Positions 1-11,084 are shown, counted from the first letter of the stretch. The stretch is 36,654 nt of DNA from Octopus bimaculoides (GCF_001194135.2 NC_068992.1:16174355-16211008); one strand, 5' to 3'. The notes: a model not told the origin generated them from the sequence alone. Numbers and translations: made by a program.

Positions 1-25
1 ATATATATATATATATATATACATA

Positions 26-87
<62 letters not shown>

Positions 88-662
88 CATAGACACGTAA
101 GTAGATAGATAGATAGATAGATAAATACATACATACATATATACATACGTGCATGCATATATATATATATGTCCACCTAGGAATACAAATTCATATATGT
201 AACCCATTGCGCACGTTTGTTATTCTTTCACTTTCGTTAGGACTAATGTCAATCGTTTACTGCATAAGACTCTTTTGTAAATGACAGTCACTGTAATGTC
301 GTGCTCCATATATGCTCGTTTTTATGGCTTCAAATTGTAAATCTCTGCAGTGGGTAAAGAATAATACTAATTCAATCTAAGAATATTATAATGCAATACT
401 GAGACGGCGTTCATGTTCATTAGAAGGAACGGCAATTCATGGTTTTATATATGTGTTATACAATAAATGTAGACAGGTATAGCCTTACTGTAACGCAATT
501 TAGAAAATCACGCAATCCAATATACATATATCGAATTACAAACATAGACGCATACATATGGAATACAGAGAAATATGGAAACTCATGTGTAGTACACGAA
601 TCACAAAGGTAGAGTAGTATGCGATCATTGTTAAGATTTTGCGATTTTGCAGCTTTAATAAA

Positions 663-705
<43 letters not shown>

Positions 706-706
706 T

Positions 707-745
<39 letters not shown>

Positions 746-1535
746 NNNNNNNNNNNNNNNNNNNNNNNNNNNNNNNNNNNNNNNNNNNNNNNNNNNNNNN
801 NNNNNNNNNNNNNNNNNNNNNNNNNNNNNNNNNNNNNNNNNNNNNNNNNNNNNNNNNNNNNNNNNNNNNNNNNNNNNNNNNNNNNNNNNNNNNNNNNNNN
901 NNNNNNNNNNNNNNNNNNNNNNNNNNNNNNNNNNNNNNNNNNNNNNNNNNNNNNNNNNNNNNNNNNNNNNNNNNNNNNNNNNNNNNNNNNNNNNNNNNNN
1001 NNNNNNNNNNNNNNNNNNNNNNNNNNNNNNNNNNNNNNNNNNNNNNNNNNNNNNNNNNNNNNNNNNNNNNNNNNNNNNNNNNNNNNNNNNNNNNNNNNNN
1101 NNNNNNNNNNNNNNNNNNNNNNNNNNNNNNNNNNNNNNNNNNNNNNNNNNNNNNNNNNNNNNNNNNNNNNNNNNNNNNNNNNNNNNNNNNNNNNNNNNNN
1201 NNNNNNNNNNNNNNNNNNNNNNNNNNNNNNNNNNNNNNNNNNNNNNNNNNNNNNNNNNNNNNNNNNNNNNNNNNNNNNNNNNNNNNNNNNNNNNNNNNNN
1301 NNNNNNNNNNNNNNNNNNNNNNNNNNNNNNNNNNNNNNNNNNNNNNNNNNNNNNNNNNNNNNNNNNNNNNNNNNNNNNNNNNNNNNNNNNNNNNNNNNNN
1401 NNNNNNNNNNNNNNNNNNNNNNNNNNNNNNNNNNNNNNNNNNNNNNNNNNNNNNNNNNNNNNNNNNNNNNNNNNNNNNNNNNNNNNNNNNNNNNNNNNNN
1501 NNNNNNNNNNNNNNNNNNNNNNNNNNNNNNNNNNN
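746..1535. other. Assembly gap (N run); further gaps at 4077-4420, 7925-8423, 8920-9293, 21660-22157, 27783-27792, 29432-30080, 30767-31244, 35605-35793
   Basis: N characters. Every gap abuts (TA)n or (CA)n-type repeat on at least one side. Confidence 0.99.
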
Positions 1536-1557
1536 TATATATATATATATATATATT

Positions 1558-1973
1558 TAAAGTAGTTTTATACTGTCAACTTAACGCGACAGTCCCAATA
1601 AGGTAATCATACTACTGCTATTTAGCCCTAGGAAGCTGGACCGCTTCCTGTCGGCCTTGACACATTTCCTCTGTCCTTATGTGTAATCGGTGAATGTGTT
1701 TCACTCGAATTATATATGTTTACGAGAGCTTGACAGGCATCTTCAGCCAGCTAGTCATGCTACTTCAGGCTGATGACGAGCAAAAACTCAGAAACATGTC
1801 TCTGAATGCAGGCTAGGCTGGGTGAAGGTGCTTGTCTCCCCTTCGTAAACATAAGGATACAGGAAATGTGTCTAGGCCGACAGGAAGCGATCCACCTTCC
1901 TAGGGCTAAATAGCAGTTGTATGATTCCCTTATTGGGACTGTCACGTTAAGCTGACAGTATACAACTACTTTA
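1558..1973. mobile_element. Fold-back (long inverted-repeat, MITE-like) element with a hammerhead ribozyme at its apex
   Basis: 1558-1680 aligns ungapped to the reverse complement of 1851-1973 with 10 mismatches in 123 nt (hand count). Inner arms 1718-1769 and 1801-1850 pair more loosely. Both ends carry TA (TA|AAGTAG...CTACTT|TA). Confidence 0.85.
1764..1806 (+). ncRNA. Minimal type I hammerhead ribozyme (Penelope/retrozyme style)
   Basis: TTCAGG-CTGATGA-CGAG caaaaa CTCA-GAAA-C AT G-TC^TCTGAA. Core CUGAUGA at 1770-1776, GAAA at 1791-1794, GUC cleavage triplet at 1798-1800, helix I TTCAGG/TCTGAA, palindromic ACATGT helix III. The helix II closing pair is a C-A mismatch. Confidence 0.75.
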
Positions 1974-2189
1974 TCGTAACACTGTTGCTTAAGTCTCTCT
2001 GTGAGATTTAGAAATATATCATGTCTAATTTATATATATATATATACATATATAGATATACGTTTCGTCTGAACATTTTCCGACGATAGATATTCACTTA
2101 TGAATATATAGATATTTATATATTAACACTGCAAAGTTGCCCAGGATACAAAGAAACAGAAATTTAAAGGGGTGAATATATGGTTTTCC

Positions 2190-2255
2190 AAGTCTGACAG
2201 CTGTTTCCCGGGGGGGGGGGAGGTTTCTTTATGCATAGCTCTTCGTCAGAAAGAG
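2190..2255 (-). ncRNA. Degenerate hammerhead-like remnants (probable Penelope-like terminus)
   Basis: Minus strand reads CTGACGA-AGAGCTATGC...GAAACC, then GAAAC-AGCT-GTC (palindromic ACAGCTGT helix III plus GUC). Helices I and II are not intact. Confidence 0.4.
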
Positions 2256-3000
2256 GAGAAAGAAAAAGTCCAGAGAAGGAAAAATATACATATATAATCT
2301 ATGTCTTTCGATGAAGACATATGTTGTCATAGTGAAATCATAAAGAATTCTATAATTCTAATAGTCCTACGACGCTTGACATGATACCCTAATATATGTG
2401 TAAGTACGTATATATGTGTTTATAGCATCACAATCGACACAGCTTTGCATGTCTAATGATGTTCGGCCAAAATTTCTGAATGGTTACAAATTGCAGTATT
2501 TTAGTTGTTCTTTTAAAACTTATCCTGAGTATCCCGAACTATAACTGTAGATTCACGAAAAAAATATCTTAGAACATTATAATAGTATGGGTTCACAATA
2601 TTATAAAGCAAAGATTTTCGTTTCTTCTCGCTCATAGAACCACGCATTTCTGCTAAGGGCAAATTTTTATACGTAATTCAAATAGATAAGATAAATTTTA
2701 GATAAGAATTATATACTGGATTAAGAATGCATAAGCATTCAATACTGGATAAATTTCTTACTCAATTTCTTTTCACAATTTTCTCCATATTTATTTAGTT
2801 ATATTGAAAAAAAAATCTCCTATGATTTCATCAACCACGAGAAAGAATATACAAAACCTATTCAAGTTATTTTTAACCTGGGATTATACATACATATCTA
2901 TATATATATATATAAAGAATAAAATGTTTAGGAAGGTATAACAATGTAATATAGAACAAAAAATGGACTGTATACCTGTTGTAACTTGGTAAACTGTAGT

Positions 3001-3070
3001 CCGATGATATTTCGGAATTAGAATTCTTTCTTCGGATCTTATTTGCTGGAGATCTGAAGAAGAAATTCTA
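3001..3070 (-). ncRNA. Degenerate hammerhead-like core within a 21-bp inverted repeat (Penelope-like terminus)
   Basis: Minus strand: agatC(C)GAAGA-A-AGAAT tcta ATTCC-GAAA-TATCATC. The mirror arm 3050-3070 retains CTGAAGA. Arms 3019-3039 and 3050-3070 match 18/21. Confidence 0.45.
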
Positions 3071-3189
3071 GAAACTCGGAGGTTTGTACTGTGCGGGGGG
3101 CCTCGCAGACTATGGACCAGGATAAAGTATAAGAAATATTTATGGGACTTCTAGTTGTGTGCATATGTTGCTAAAAAAGAGGAGGGTTT

Positions 3190-3950
3190 AGAGGTTCTAT
3201 CTTCGATTGAATTCATGTAGGGTCGGCAGTGGTGCTTGAATTAACCGTGCTGCCAATGGTGACGCTAACCTGGATAAAGCTGTTTTAAAATATGTTTCAA
3301 TAGGGTCAAATATGCTTGTCGTCTACCAGATTTTGCTCGTATATAAGACTCTTGGTCAGTACCATCCTTTATGAGCGACTTTTTTTAATTTTAATCACCT
3401 TTTTTTAGAATAGAAATGTTTTTTTAACAATTCTTTAGCTTACAACCACATTCTCTTATCGACAGTTGTGATTGACAGATTGTAGTCCCACCTATTTTCT
3501 GTTTCTTAAATGTTAATAATTGTGATCAGAAAGTTCACTTGTTGATGATCTGCTTATTTATCAACAGGTCATTGCTCACTTGTTTATCGGTGTGAATGAT
3601 TACTTGAAATTGCGTAATAAATTACATAATCTTATAAATGTTGTAGATGTTGCATACTTGACTGTACCATATTTATGTCAAAATAAAGGTTTTATAACGA
3701 AACAATTCTTGTATAACCAGTTAAGCCATTCCTCTCTTTTTATTATGTTTTCATGCCACGCTTAATACTCCATTCATCTTTGAATACTTTTGGATGGTAT
3801 TAGAGTTGCGGATGACCAAACCACAGTGAACTTCTTTTCATCGCTGCATTCGGTCTTATGATAATGAATTGCACAATTGTGTAACTGTCTCATTTGCGTC
3901 ATGCTCTTTATCCAATACTTGTGGTGCGCTTCACTTTGATATGCCACGAT
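3190..3950 (-). pseudogene. Decayed coding-like segment of unidentified origin
   Basis: Mixed-composition stretches broken by stops and frameshifts: IVAYQSEAHHKYWIKSMTQMRQLHNCAIHYHKTECSDEKKFTVVWSSATLIP ... WHENIIKREEWLNWLYKNCF ... HKGWY*PRVLYTSKIW*TTSIFDPIETYFKTALSRLASPLAARLIQAPLPTLHEFNRR*. No family recognised. Confidence 0.3.
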
Positions 3951-3969
3951 ACTTTATAGATCCATTCTA

Positions 3970-4076
<107 letters not shown>

Positions 4077-5289
4077 NNNNNNNNNNNNNNNNNNNNNNNN
4101 NNNNNNNNNNNNNNNNNNNNNNNNNNNNNNNNNNNNNNNNNNNNNNNNNNNNNNNNNNNNNNNNNNNNNNNNNNNNNNNNNNNNNNNNNNNNNNNNNNNN
4201 NNNNNNNNNNNNNNNNNNNNNNNNNNNNNNNNNNNNNNNNNNNNNNNNNNNNNNNNNNNNNNNNNNNNNNNNNNNNNNNNNNNNNNNNNNNNNNNNNNNN
4301 NNNNNNNNNNNNNNNNNNNNNNNNNNNNNNNNNNNNNNNNNNNNNNNNNNNNNNNNNNNNNNNNNNNNNNNNNNNNNNNNNNNNNNNNNNNNNNNNNNNN
4401 NNNNNNNNNNNNNNNNNNNTATATATATATATATATATATATTTACATACATACACGCACACACACATGCAAACACACAGGCAAACACAAACACATATAT
4501 GTACACATTCAGAACTACACAAGCACATATATACATACGCAAACAGAGATCTATATCATGCTATGCATATATAAATGTTAAATTGTAAAGTATAACTATG
4601 TATGAATTCACACACATAAACGCACACATGCACAGACAGACAGACACACACACACACACAGAGACGCACGCATACACACATAGACGCACACACACCCATA
4701 CACACTTACCGAGACAGTTATATAACTACACCCATTTATTTAAGTGTATGTGCCTGTGCGGTGCACTTCGAAAGATTTCATATGTATGTTGTAATATCTG
4801 TCTCGGTTTTCTAGCAACTAATTTTTATATAAATAATCTTTTTATCTATTTACTTCTCAAAATGCAAATGAAATGTAAATATCTCCCATCAGGTATCTTT
4901 GTTTTCAATAACTGTTTTTACCATCATAATCTAATTTATGCCTAGATACTATATACAGAGTTAGTCAAAAATAAATACGTTAATATTGCACGCAATATTT
5001 GAATAAATTGTTGTTAAATGCAAATGATAATCGGGAAATATGTGTGTTTAACAATTCCGTTTTGCATCTGTCAAATGTTTGGTGTAATTGTCTTTCGTAG
5101 ATGCTTCGGCATATGCATATTCCCATATTTTCAGTCAAACGAATTACCTCTGAACAAATTTGAAGACTATCGAAAATGACAATTCCTGTTTTGAATGAAA
5201 GTGTTGATAAAACTTCCGTGGTAATACGCCAGCCTAAGAGGCATTCGGAATCGCCTTTCTTCCATTCGAGGCTGACGACCGTTATGGAA

Positions 5290-5325
<36 letters not shown>

Positions 5326-5369
5326 GGATGTATATAGGTATATAAATAAATAGATAGATAGATATATAT

Positions 5370-6150
5370 GTGTCTTGAATGATCTTTTATAAAGTGTTGT
5401 TGCTACATCTAGATTGACACATATACCTACATCTTCTTCAGCATGTTTATGTGCGTTTGTACATATGGATCTCTTTGTGTGTCTGTCTATATAGTTTTCT
5501 AGACGAAGTTGTAAACCATCCCTTGCCTTCATAAGATACCGAAGATTCTCACTGGAGGGAGAAAGGAGAGAGGAAGGACCCTTTTGTGTTGAGCATAACG
5601 CGAATGCATACCATCTTTCTTCTCTTGATCGAGTATATTAAACAATTCTAAAGTTATTTTCTCACTTTGGCAGCGAAATTTGGTCTCGTCTCAAGTATCT
5701 GAAACATTATTTCTGTATCAATATTCAAGAAGTGTTTTAATAGTTGTTGTTCTGTTGAAATATTCTCCTACCTTTTAAACTTACTAAGTGACCCTTCTTT
5801 ATCTAAATTATCATCCTTTTACTTTTGTTCTCTCCTTCCGCCCGATGTGTTTCAACTCATATTTTTGCCTTGATGATTTTATGATGCTTAGGGGATTCTT
5901 GTTTGATTTTCCCCTCCGTCTCTTTTGTGAATCTCAGCAAGGTAAAGGATTGCTCAACTCCTGCATTTTGCTTTCATGATTATATGATTCTTAGGGGATT
6001 CTTATTCAATTTTTCCCTTCTGTTTCTTTTGTGAATCTCAACAAGAGAAGGGTTTGCTTGAAGTTTGAGTTATTGGTAGTTACTTCAGTACCGTTTTATT
6101 GCTGGTTGCTTCATGATTTGTTTGGGAACGCCCTCCAGTAAAAATACTAT
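5370..6150 (-). pseudogene. Decayed coding-like segment with an internal ~105-bp diverged duplication
   Basis: Minus-strand peptides EQQLLKHFLNIDTEIMFQILETRPNFAAKVRK and ELFNILDQEKKDGMHSRYAQHKRVLPLSFLPPVRIFGIL, plus track ORF 5167-5532. No family recognised. Confidence 0.3.
5872..6060 (+). repeat. Diverged direct repeat, two copies of about 105 bp
   Basis: atgattttatgatgcttaggggattcttgtttgattttcccctccgtctcttttgtgaatctcagcaag versus atgattatatgattcttaggggattcttattcaatttttcccttctgtttcttttgtgaatctcaacaag. Confidence 0.8.
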
Positions 6151-6469
6151 CTGGCAATTTCACACTTGCCGAAATAACGTGAGATCAGGCAGTATGTTCA
6201 ACGTGTTGTGGTCTACAGGGTGAATTCAGTCCTTAGCTTCTGCTAGGTGTCCGAGACTCGTGGAAGAAAGGTATCGCGGTATGTAACTTCGAACACAGAC
6301 CTAGCCCAATGCTTGTAGGTGTCGTCTTCACTAAAATCATCTAATCTGTCAGATGGTTGAGTTAACCAGGACAATATATTATGTTTCCCGCTTAAATAGA
6401 CATAGCAGGCTTTGAACGCTGAACGTTACAAGCTAGGACAAATATCACACGACATCCAGTTAGTTCCAT

Positions 6470-6622
6470 CACTCCTTCACCCTGCATTGGTATTTGATCA
6501 AACTTGAATAAATGAAAGACAAATTTGATATTGATAAGATTTGAAATCTCACAGCAAGCAGTCAGAATAAACGTCGCAAAACATGATAACTTGCATTAGC
6601 ATCCAATGCCAATTTGCCTTCG
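6470..6622 (-). mobile_element. Highly diverged SINE family A copy
   Basis: Residual similarity (atgaaagacaaatttga...gatttgaa...gccaatttgccttc) to the reverse complement of the family A copies in this window. Confidence 0.45.
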
Positions 6623-7146
6623 TTTAATAATGTTTATCTTATATTGAAAACAAACCGAACAAACTGCAATAGTTAATTTTATGCACCAATGTTCTGGACT
6701 TATAATTCCATGGAATCATGCCTATTTGAATATAAATCATTTAAGAACTTATAGATTTGTGAAGCAGTATATTGTCAATCAATGTTTCCTTGTTCCACTT
6801 CGTTGCGGCTCAGTAAACACCAATCTAGTCTTCTTATTAATATTTTCTTCCATTACAAAAATGTTTATCCAATCAAACACTTGAACTAATTCTAGCTTGA
6901 ACATTGGCTACAAATGGATTTCATGAATGAATACCTAAAGGGATTTCTCATCTTCTCGGAATTCTACGTAATTTTAATGAAGAAATTTCGGCGAACTTTG
7001 GATACTGTGTAGATAAATGTACACAAATGACATTAAAAACTCTGGCACATTCCTCAATGCAGGTTGTAGTTGGAATCGTGTGCGCTGGCATAAACTCGTT
7101 GGTGCAGTTTAGTGGCACGTATTATGATAATATTTTACTTCCCATT

Positions 7147-7362
7147 AGGGGGCGAACTGGCAGAATGGTTAGCACGCCGTAGAAAACGCTTGGCGGCATC
7201 TTGTCCGTCTTTATGTTTTAAGTTCAAATTCTGCCGAGGTCGACTTTCCCTCTCATCTTTTGGGGTGCGATCAATTAAGTACCAGTTGAAAACTGGGGAA
7301 AATTTTATCGACTTCTCTCCCCCACCACAAATTGCTGGCCTTTTGATAAAACTTGAAATCAA
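7147..7362 (+). mobile_element. tRNA-derived SINE, family A (GGCGGCGAGCTGGCAGAA head; CCTTTCGGGGTCGATAAA core)
   Basis: A-box-like TGGCAGAATGGTTAG and B-box-like GTTCAAATTC. Colinear with copies at 11085, 15455, 19822 and 24413. Confidence 0.85.
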
Positions 7363-7419
7363 TAAAATTACTCCCCATTTCTGTTTCCATAGAGTATTAT
7401 TTCCAATGCATTTATTTAA

Positions 7420-7870
7420 CCTCTTATCTTTCTAATCCAAGCGTAGCTAAGTAATTGAGAAGATCGCTTCGTAACGATCTCGTTTAGAGTACAGAAATTT
7501 TGGGATAACGTTGCTCTGAAGCGTGCGAATATGACAGTTTTAGCATAGTCTTTTTTCCAAAATGCATCAAATTTTCCCTCGTTTAGTTGCATTTGGTCTT
7601 TGTCTGCCCATTGGCTCAGAGCATGCAGATCAGACTGGAGTTGAGTTCGGTCTTCTTCATAGATAATTTTTCTCGAGCGTAGAGTCAGCAGTAAATACTA
7701 GCGGGTAATCTATCAGGGCCTACAGTAGAATAGTATTTGATCTCAGATTTTGCTGCTATGATGTCTGAAGCAGTAAAGATTATGTCCGAGATTATATGTT
7801 GGGAATCGACTTCGTTCACATCCCTTTCGTCGTTATCGGTGGGATCACTAAAGTCAGCGGTCCTATGCTT
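7420..7870 (-). mobile_element. Internally deleted CR1/L2-group LINE ORF2 fragment
   Basis: DIIFTASDIIAAKSEIKYYSTVGPDRLPASI (pre-RT GPD motif) joined to FTADST (degenerate FADD) and EEDRTQLQSDLHALSQWADKDQMQLNEGKF (post-YADD LQ.DL..L..W motif). Confidence 0.7.
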
Positions 7871-9293
7871 ATTTGCATATGACTAGAACACTATATATAT
7901 CTGTGTGTATGTGTATGCATGTATNNNNNNNNNNNNNNNNNNNNNNNNNNNNNNNNNNNNNNNNNNNNNNNNNNNNNNNNNNNNNNNNNNNNNNNNNNNN
8001 NNNNNNNNNNNNNNNNNNNNNNNNNNNNNNNNNNNNNNNNNNNNNNNNNNNNNNNNNNNNNNNNNNNNNNNNNNNNNNNNNNNNNNNNNNNNNNNNNNNN
8101 NNNNNNNNNNNNNNNNNNNNNNNNNNNNNNNNNNNNNNNNNNNNNNNNNNNNNNNNNNNNNNNNNNNNNNNNNNNNNNNNNNNNNNNNNNNNNNNNNNNN
8201 NNNNNNNNNNNNNNNNNNNNNNNNNNNNNNNNNNNNNNNNNNNNNNNNNNNNNNNNNNNNNNNNNNNNNNNNNNNNNNNNNNNNNNNNNNNNNNNNNNNN
8301 NNNNNNNNNNNNNNNNNNNNNNNNNNNNNNNNNNNNNNNNNNNNNNNNNNNNNNNNNNNNNNNNNNNNNNNNNNNNNNNNNNNNNNNNNNNNNNNNNNNN
8401 NNNNNNNNNNNNNNNNNNNNNNNATATATATATATATATATATATATATAGGACTTATATTTGTGCACTTAATCTTGTCTTGTGTATCGTGTCTGTATTT
8501 ACAATTGATTATCTTTACAGCGAGAGAAAGAGATATATATCTATTTACCTTTAATGCTTTCACCATAATTCATATCTTGCCTGGAGTGTGTTTGTGACAT
8601 ATAACCAGAGCTAAACAGGTTGGTAGGTAATTGCATAGATTGTTAGGTAGACACATACAGAAGCTGTATATAGAAACAAGGGGATAGATTTATTGGCTGA
8701 TTGATTCTGTGTGACAATGAAAGGAAAATAGATATTCAGAAATAATGATATGAGCTTTCTCCCTTTCTGTTTATTGTGACAGAATGCACATGCCCACAGA
8801 CACACATGCATACACACACACACACACACACAGACACACACACACAGACACACACACACACAGACACACACAAAAACACTTAGGTGCGAAGGTAAATATA
8901 TATATATATATATATATACNNNNNNNNNNNNNNNNNNNNNNNNNNNNNNNNNNNNNNNNNNNNNNNNNNNNNNNNNNNNNNNNNNNNNNNNNNNNNNNNN
9001 NNNNNNNNNNNNNNNNNNNNNNNNNNNNNNNNNNNNNNNNNNNNNNNNNNNNNNNNNNNNNNNNNNNNNNNNNNNNNNNNNNNNNNNNNNNNNNNNNNNN
9101 NNNNNNNNNNNNNNNNNNNNNNNNNNNNNNNNNNNNNNNNNNNNNNNNNNNNNNNNNNNNNNNNNNNNNNNNNNNNNNNNNNNNNNNNNNNNNNNNNNNN
9201 NNNNNNNNNNNNNNNNNNNNNNNNNNNNNNNNNNNNNNNNNNNNNNNNNNNNNNNNNNNNNNNNNNNNNNNNNNNNNNNNNNNNNNNNNNNNN

Positions 9294-9354
<61 letters not shown>

Positions 9355-9809
9355 CTTTACTATAAGTTTTCGATACCAGATGTGTCTGTTTATCATTAAT
9401 CACGCTCAGATCGCTTTCGTTTCAAAAGATTTTCGATTTGTAGTGGAAAACAGCCCTTGGAAAAGAAGTGTCTTCTTTATCCCTAATCTGCCATGTCATA
9501 TTTCAATATTGCACACTTTAACCCTCGCCGTCCTCCATTGTTCGGCAATGTTTCTCTGACTATTTTTTGTTCTTCGTTTTCCAAGTAGCTCACATATAAT
9601 TTGCGGCTGTCTATTGATTGGTAATCTTTTTAACGTTGGGGAATATTTTGGAAAATATATTTCAAACTTGGTAGTGTTTCTAACTTCACTTGCTTTGTAA
9701 ATTAAATGATGAGAATAACATATACGAACGCAATATTAGCATCATAAGTTTCGTGCATCAATAATTTACGATATTTATGCCGTATCATCTACTAGCTTAC
9801 CTGGCATTT

Positions 9810-9810
9810 G

Positions 9811-9887
<77 letters not shown>

Positions 9888-9888
9888 A
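9810..9888 (+). repeat. (CTAT)n microsatellite
   Basis: Direct inspection. Similar (GATA/CTAT)n tracts at about 55-125, 3971-4060 and 10550-10587. Confidence 0.95.
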
Positions 9889-10467
9889 TCTCTTATCACA
9901 TCACAGCACAACTCTCGCATGTTTATCCCAGCTAGAACGTATATAATAAATGTTCATATAGTATATGTAAACACATTTAAATATATTTTATACTTGGAAG
10001 AATTCTGATCACCCTGTTAGTTTTTAAGTGCTGAGATTGCATTCTTCTGACTCTATACTACAATTGTGTATTTCATCATGTTAAAATAATGATGTATTCA
10101 TGGAGACTACTGAGCTTGCAGCTGTAAGTCGTACATACATACATACATTAATACATATACAGACACATGTATATATATACACAGGCATGCAAGAAGTAAA
10201 TAGATACTTTTAATTTTCAAAACTTCTGATCCAACCGTCTCTCGCAGTAGAGCGATGTTATCTTCCTAGTGTTCTACGACTCAACTGCCTCAAGTTCCGC
10301 TACTAATTTGACAGTGTGTGGTGACCACCGTTCAGAACGGTAGTCTAGACGGCTGAGTACAAATTTCCTCCATAGAACCAGCATAGTTTCCTGGTCCCTT
10401 CTGTAAATTCTCAGAATCTATCTAGGTTTTTTCAGCACTTTGCAGCATATGTTCCCCACCGACATAT

Positions 10468-10538
<71 letters not shown>

Positions 10539-11084
10539 TTGATATACAAATAGATAGACAGATTGATAGATAGATAGATAGATAGATACTTATCAACGCG
10601 CCATGTTTGATGGACACTTCTGTGTATAAATAGTTATTTTGAGGGGGAAAATTATGAAATATATAATGTATAAATAAATATATCCAGGGCTTGCAAAGTG
10701 TTAAAATGTTCGTATAATCTCAGAATAAGAAATGTATGCATTGTTAAGAATATTGTTGCTGTTATTGCTGACGATGGCTATGTGATAATGGTAAAGATGA
10801 TGATGACGATTTATAATAAAATAAAAAGACGAAAAAATGGCGGAGATGAAATGTGCAGAGAAAAGAAGTTGTAGGAACAGAGGGAGGACGTATTATTATA
10901 GTGAAAATAATGAAAATGTAGAAAACATAGAAATAAAAAAAAAATCAAAACGAATAAAAGTATTAACAAAACGATGTTTTAGTCTCAATGAAATAGATTT
11001 TAATATTTCACACTCTAATATCTGGAAGATATTAGAAAATTCGATATTGTCTAAAATAGAATTATTGTTGATATTGTTATTCCT

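Noticed and set aside
5240-5290. HHR-like words (minus TGGAAGAAAGGCGATTCCGAAT; plus CTGACGACCGTTATGG)
   Set aside because: Core bases are missing and helices I and III cannot be formed.
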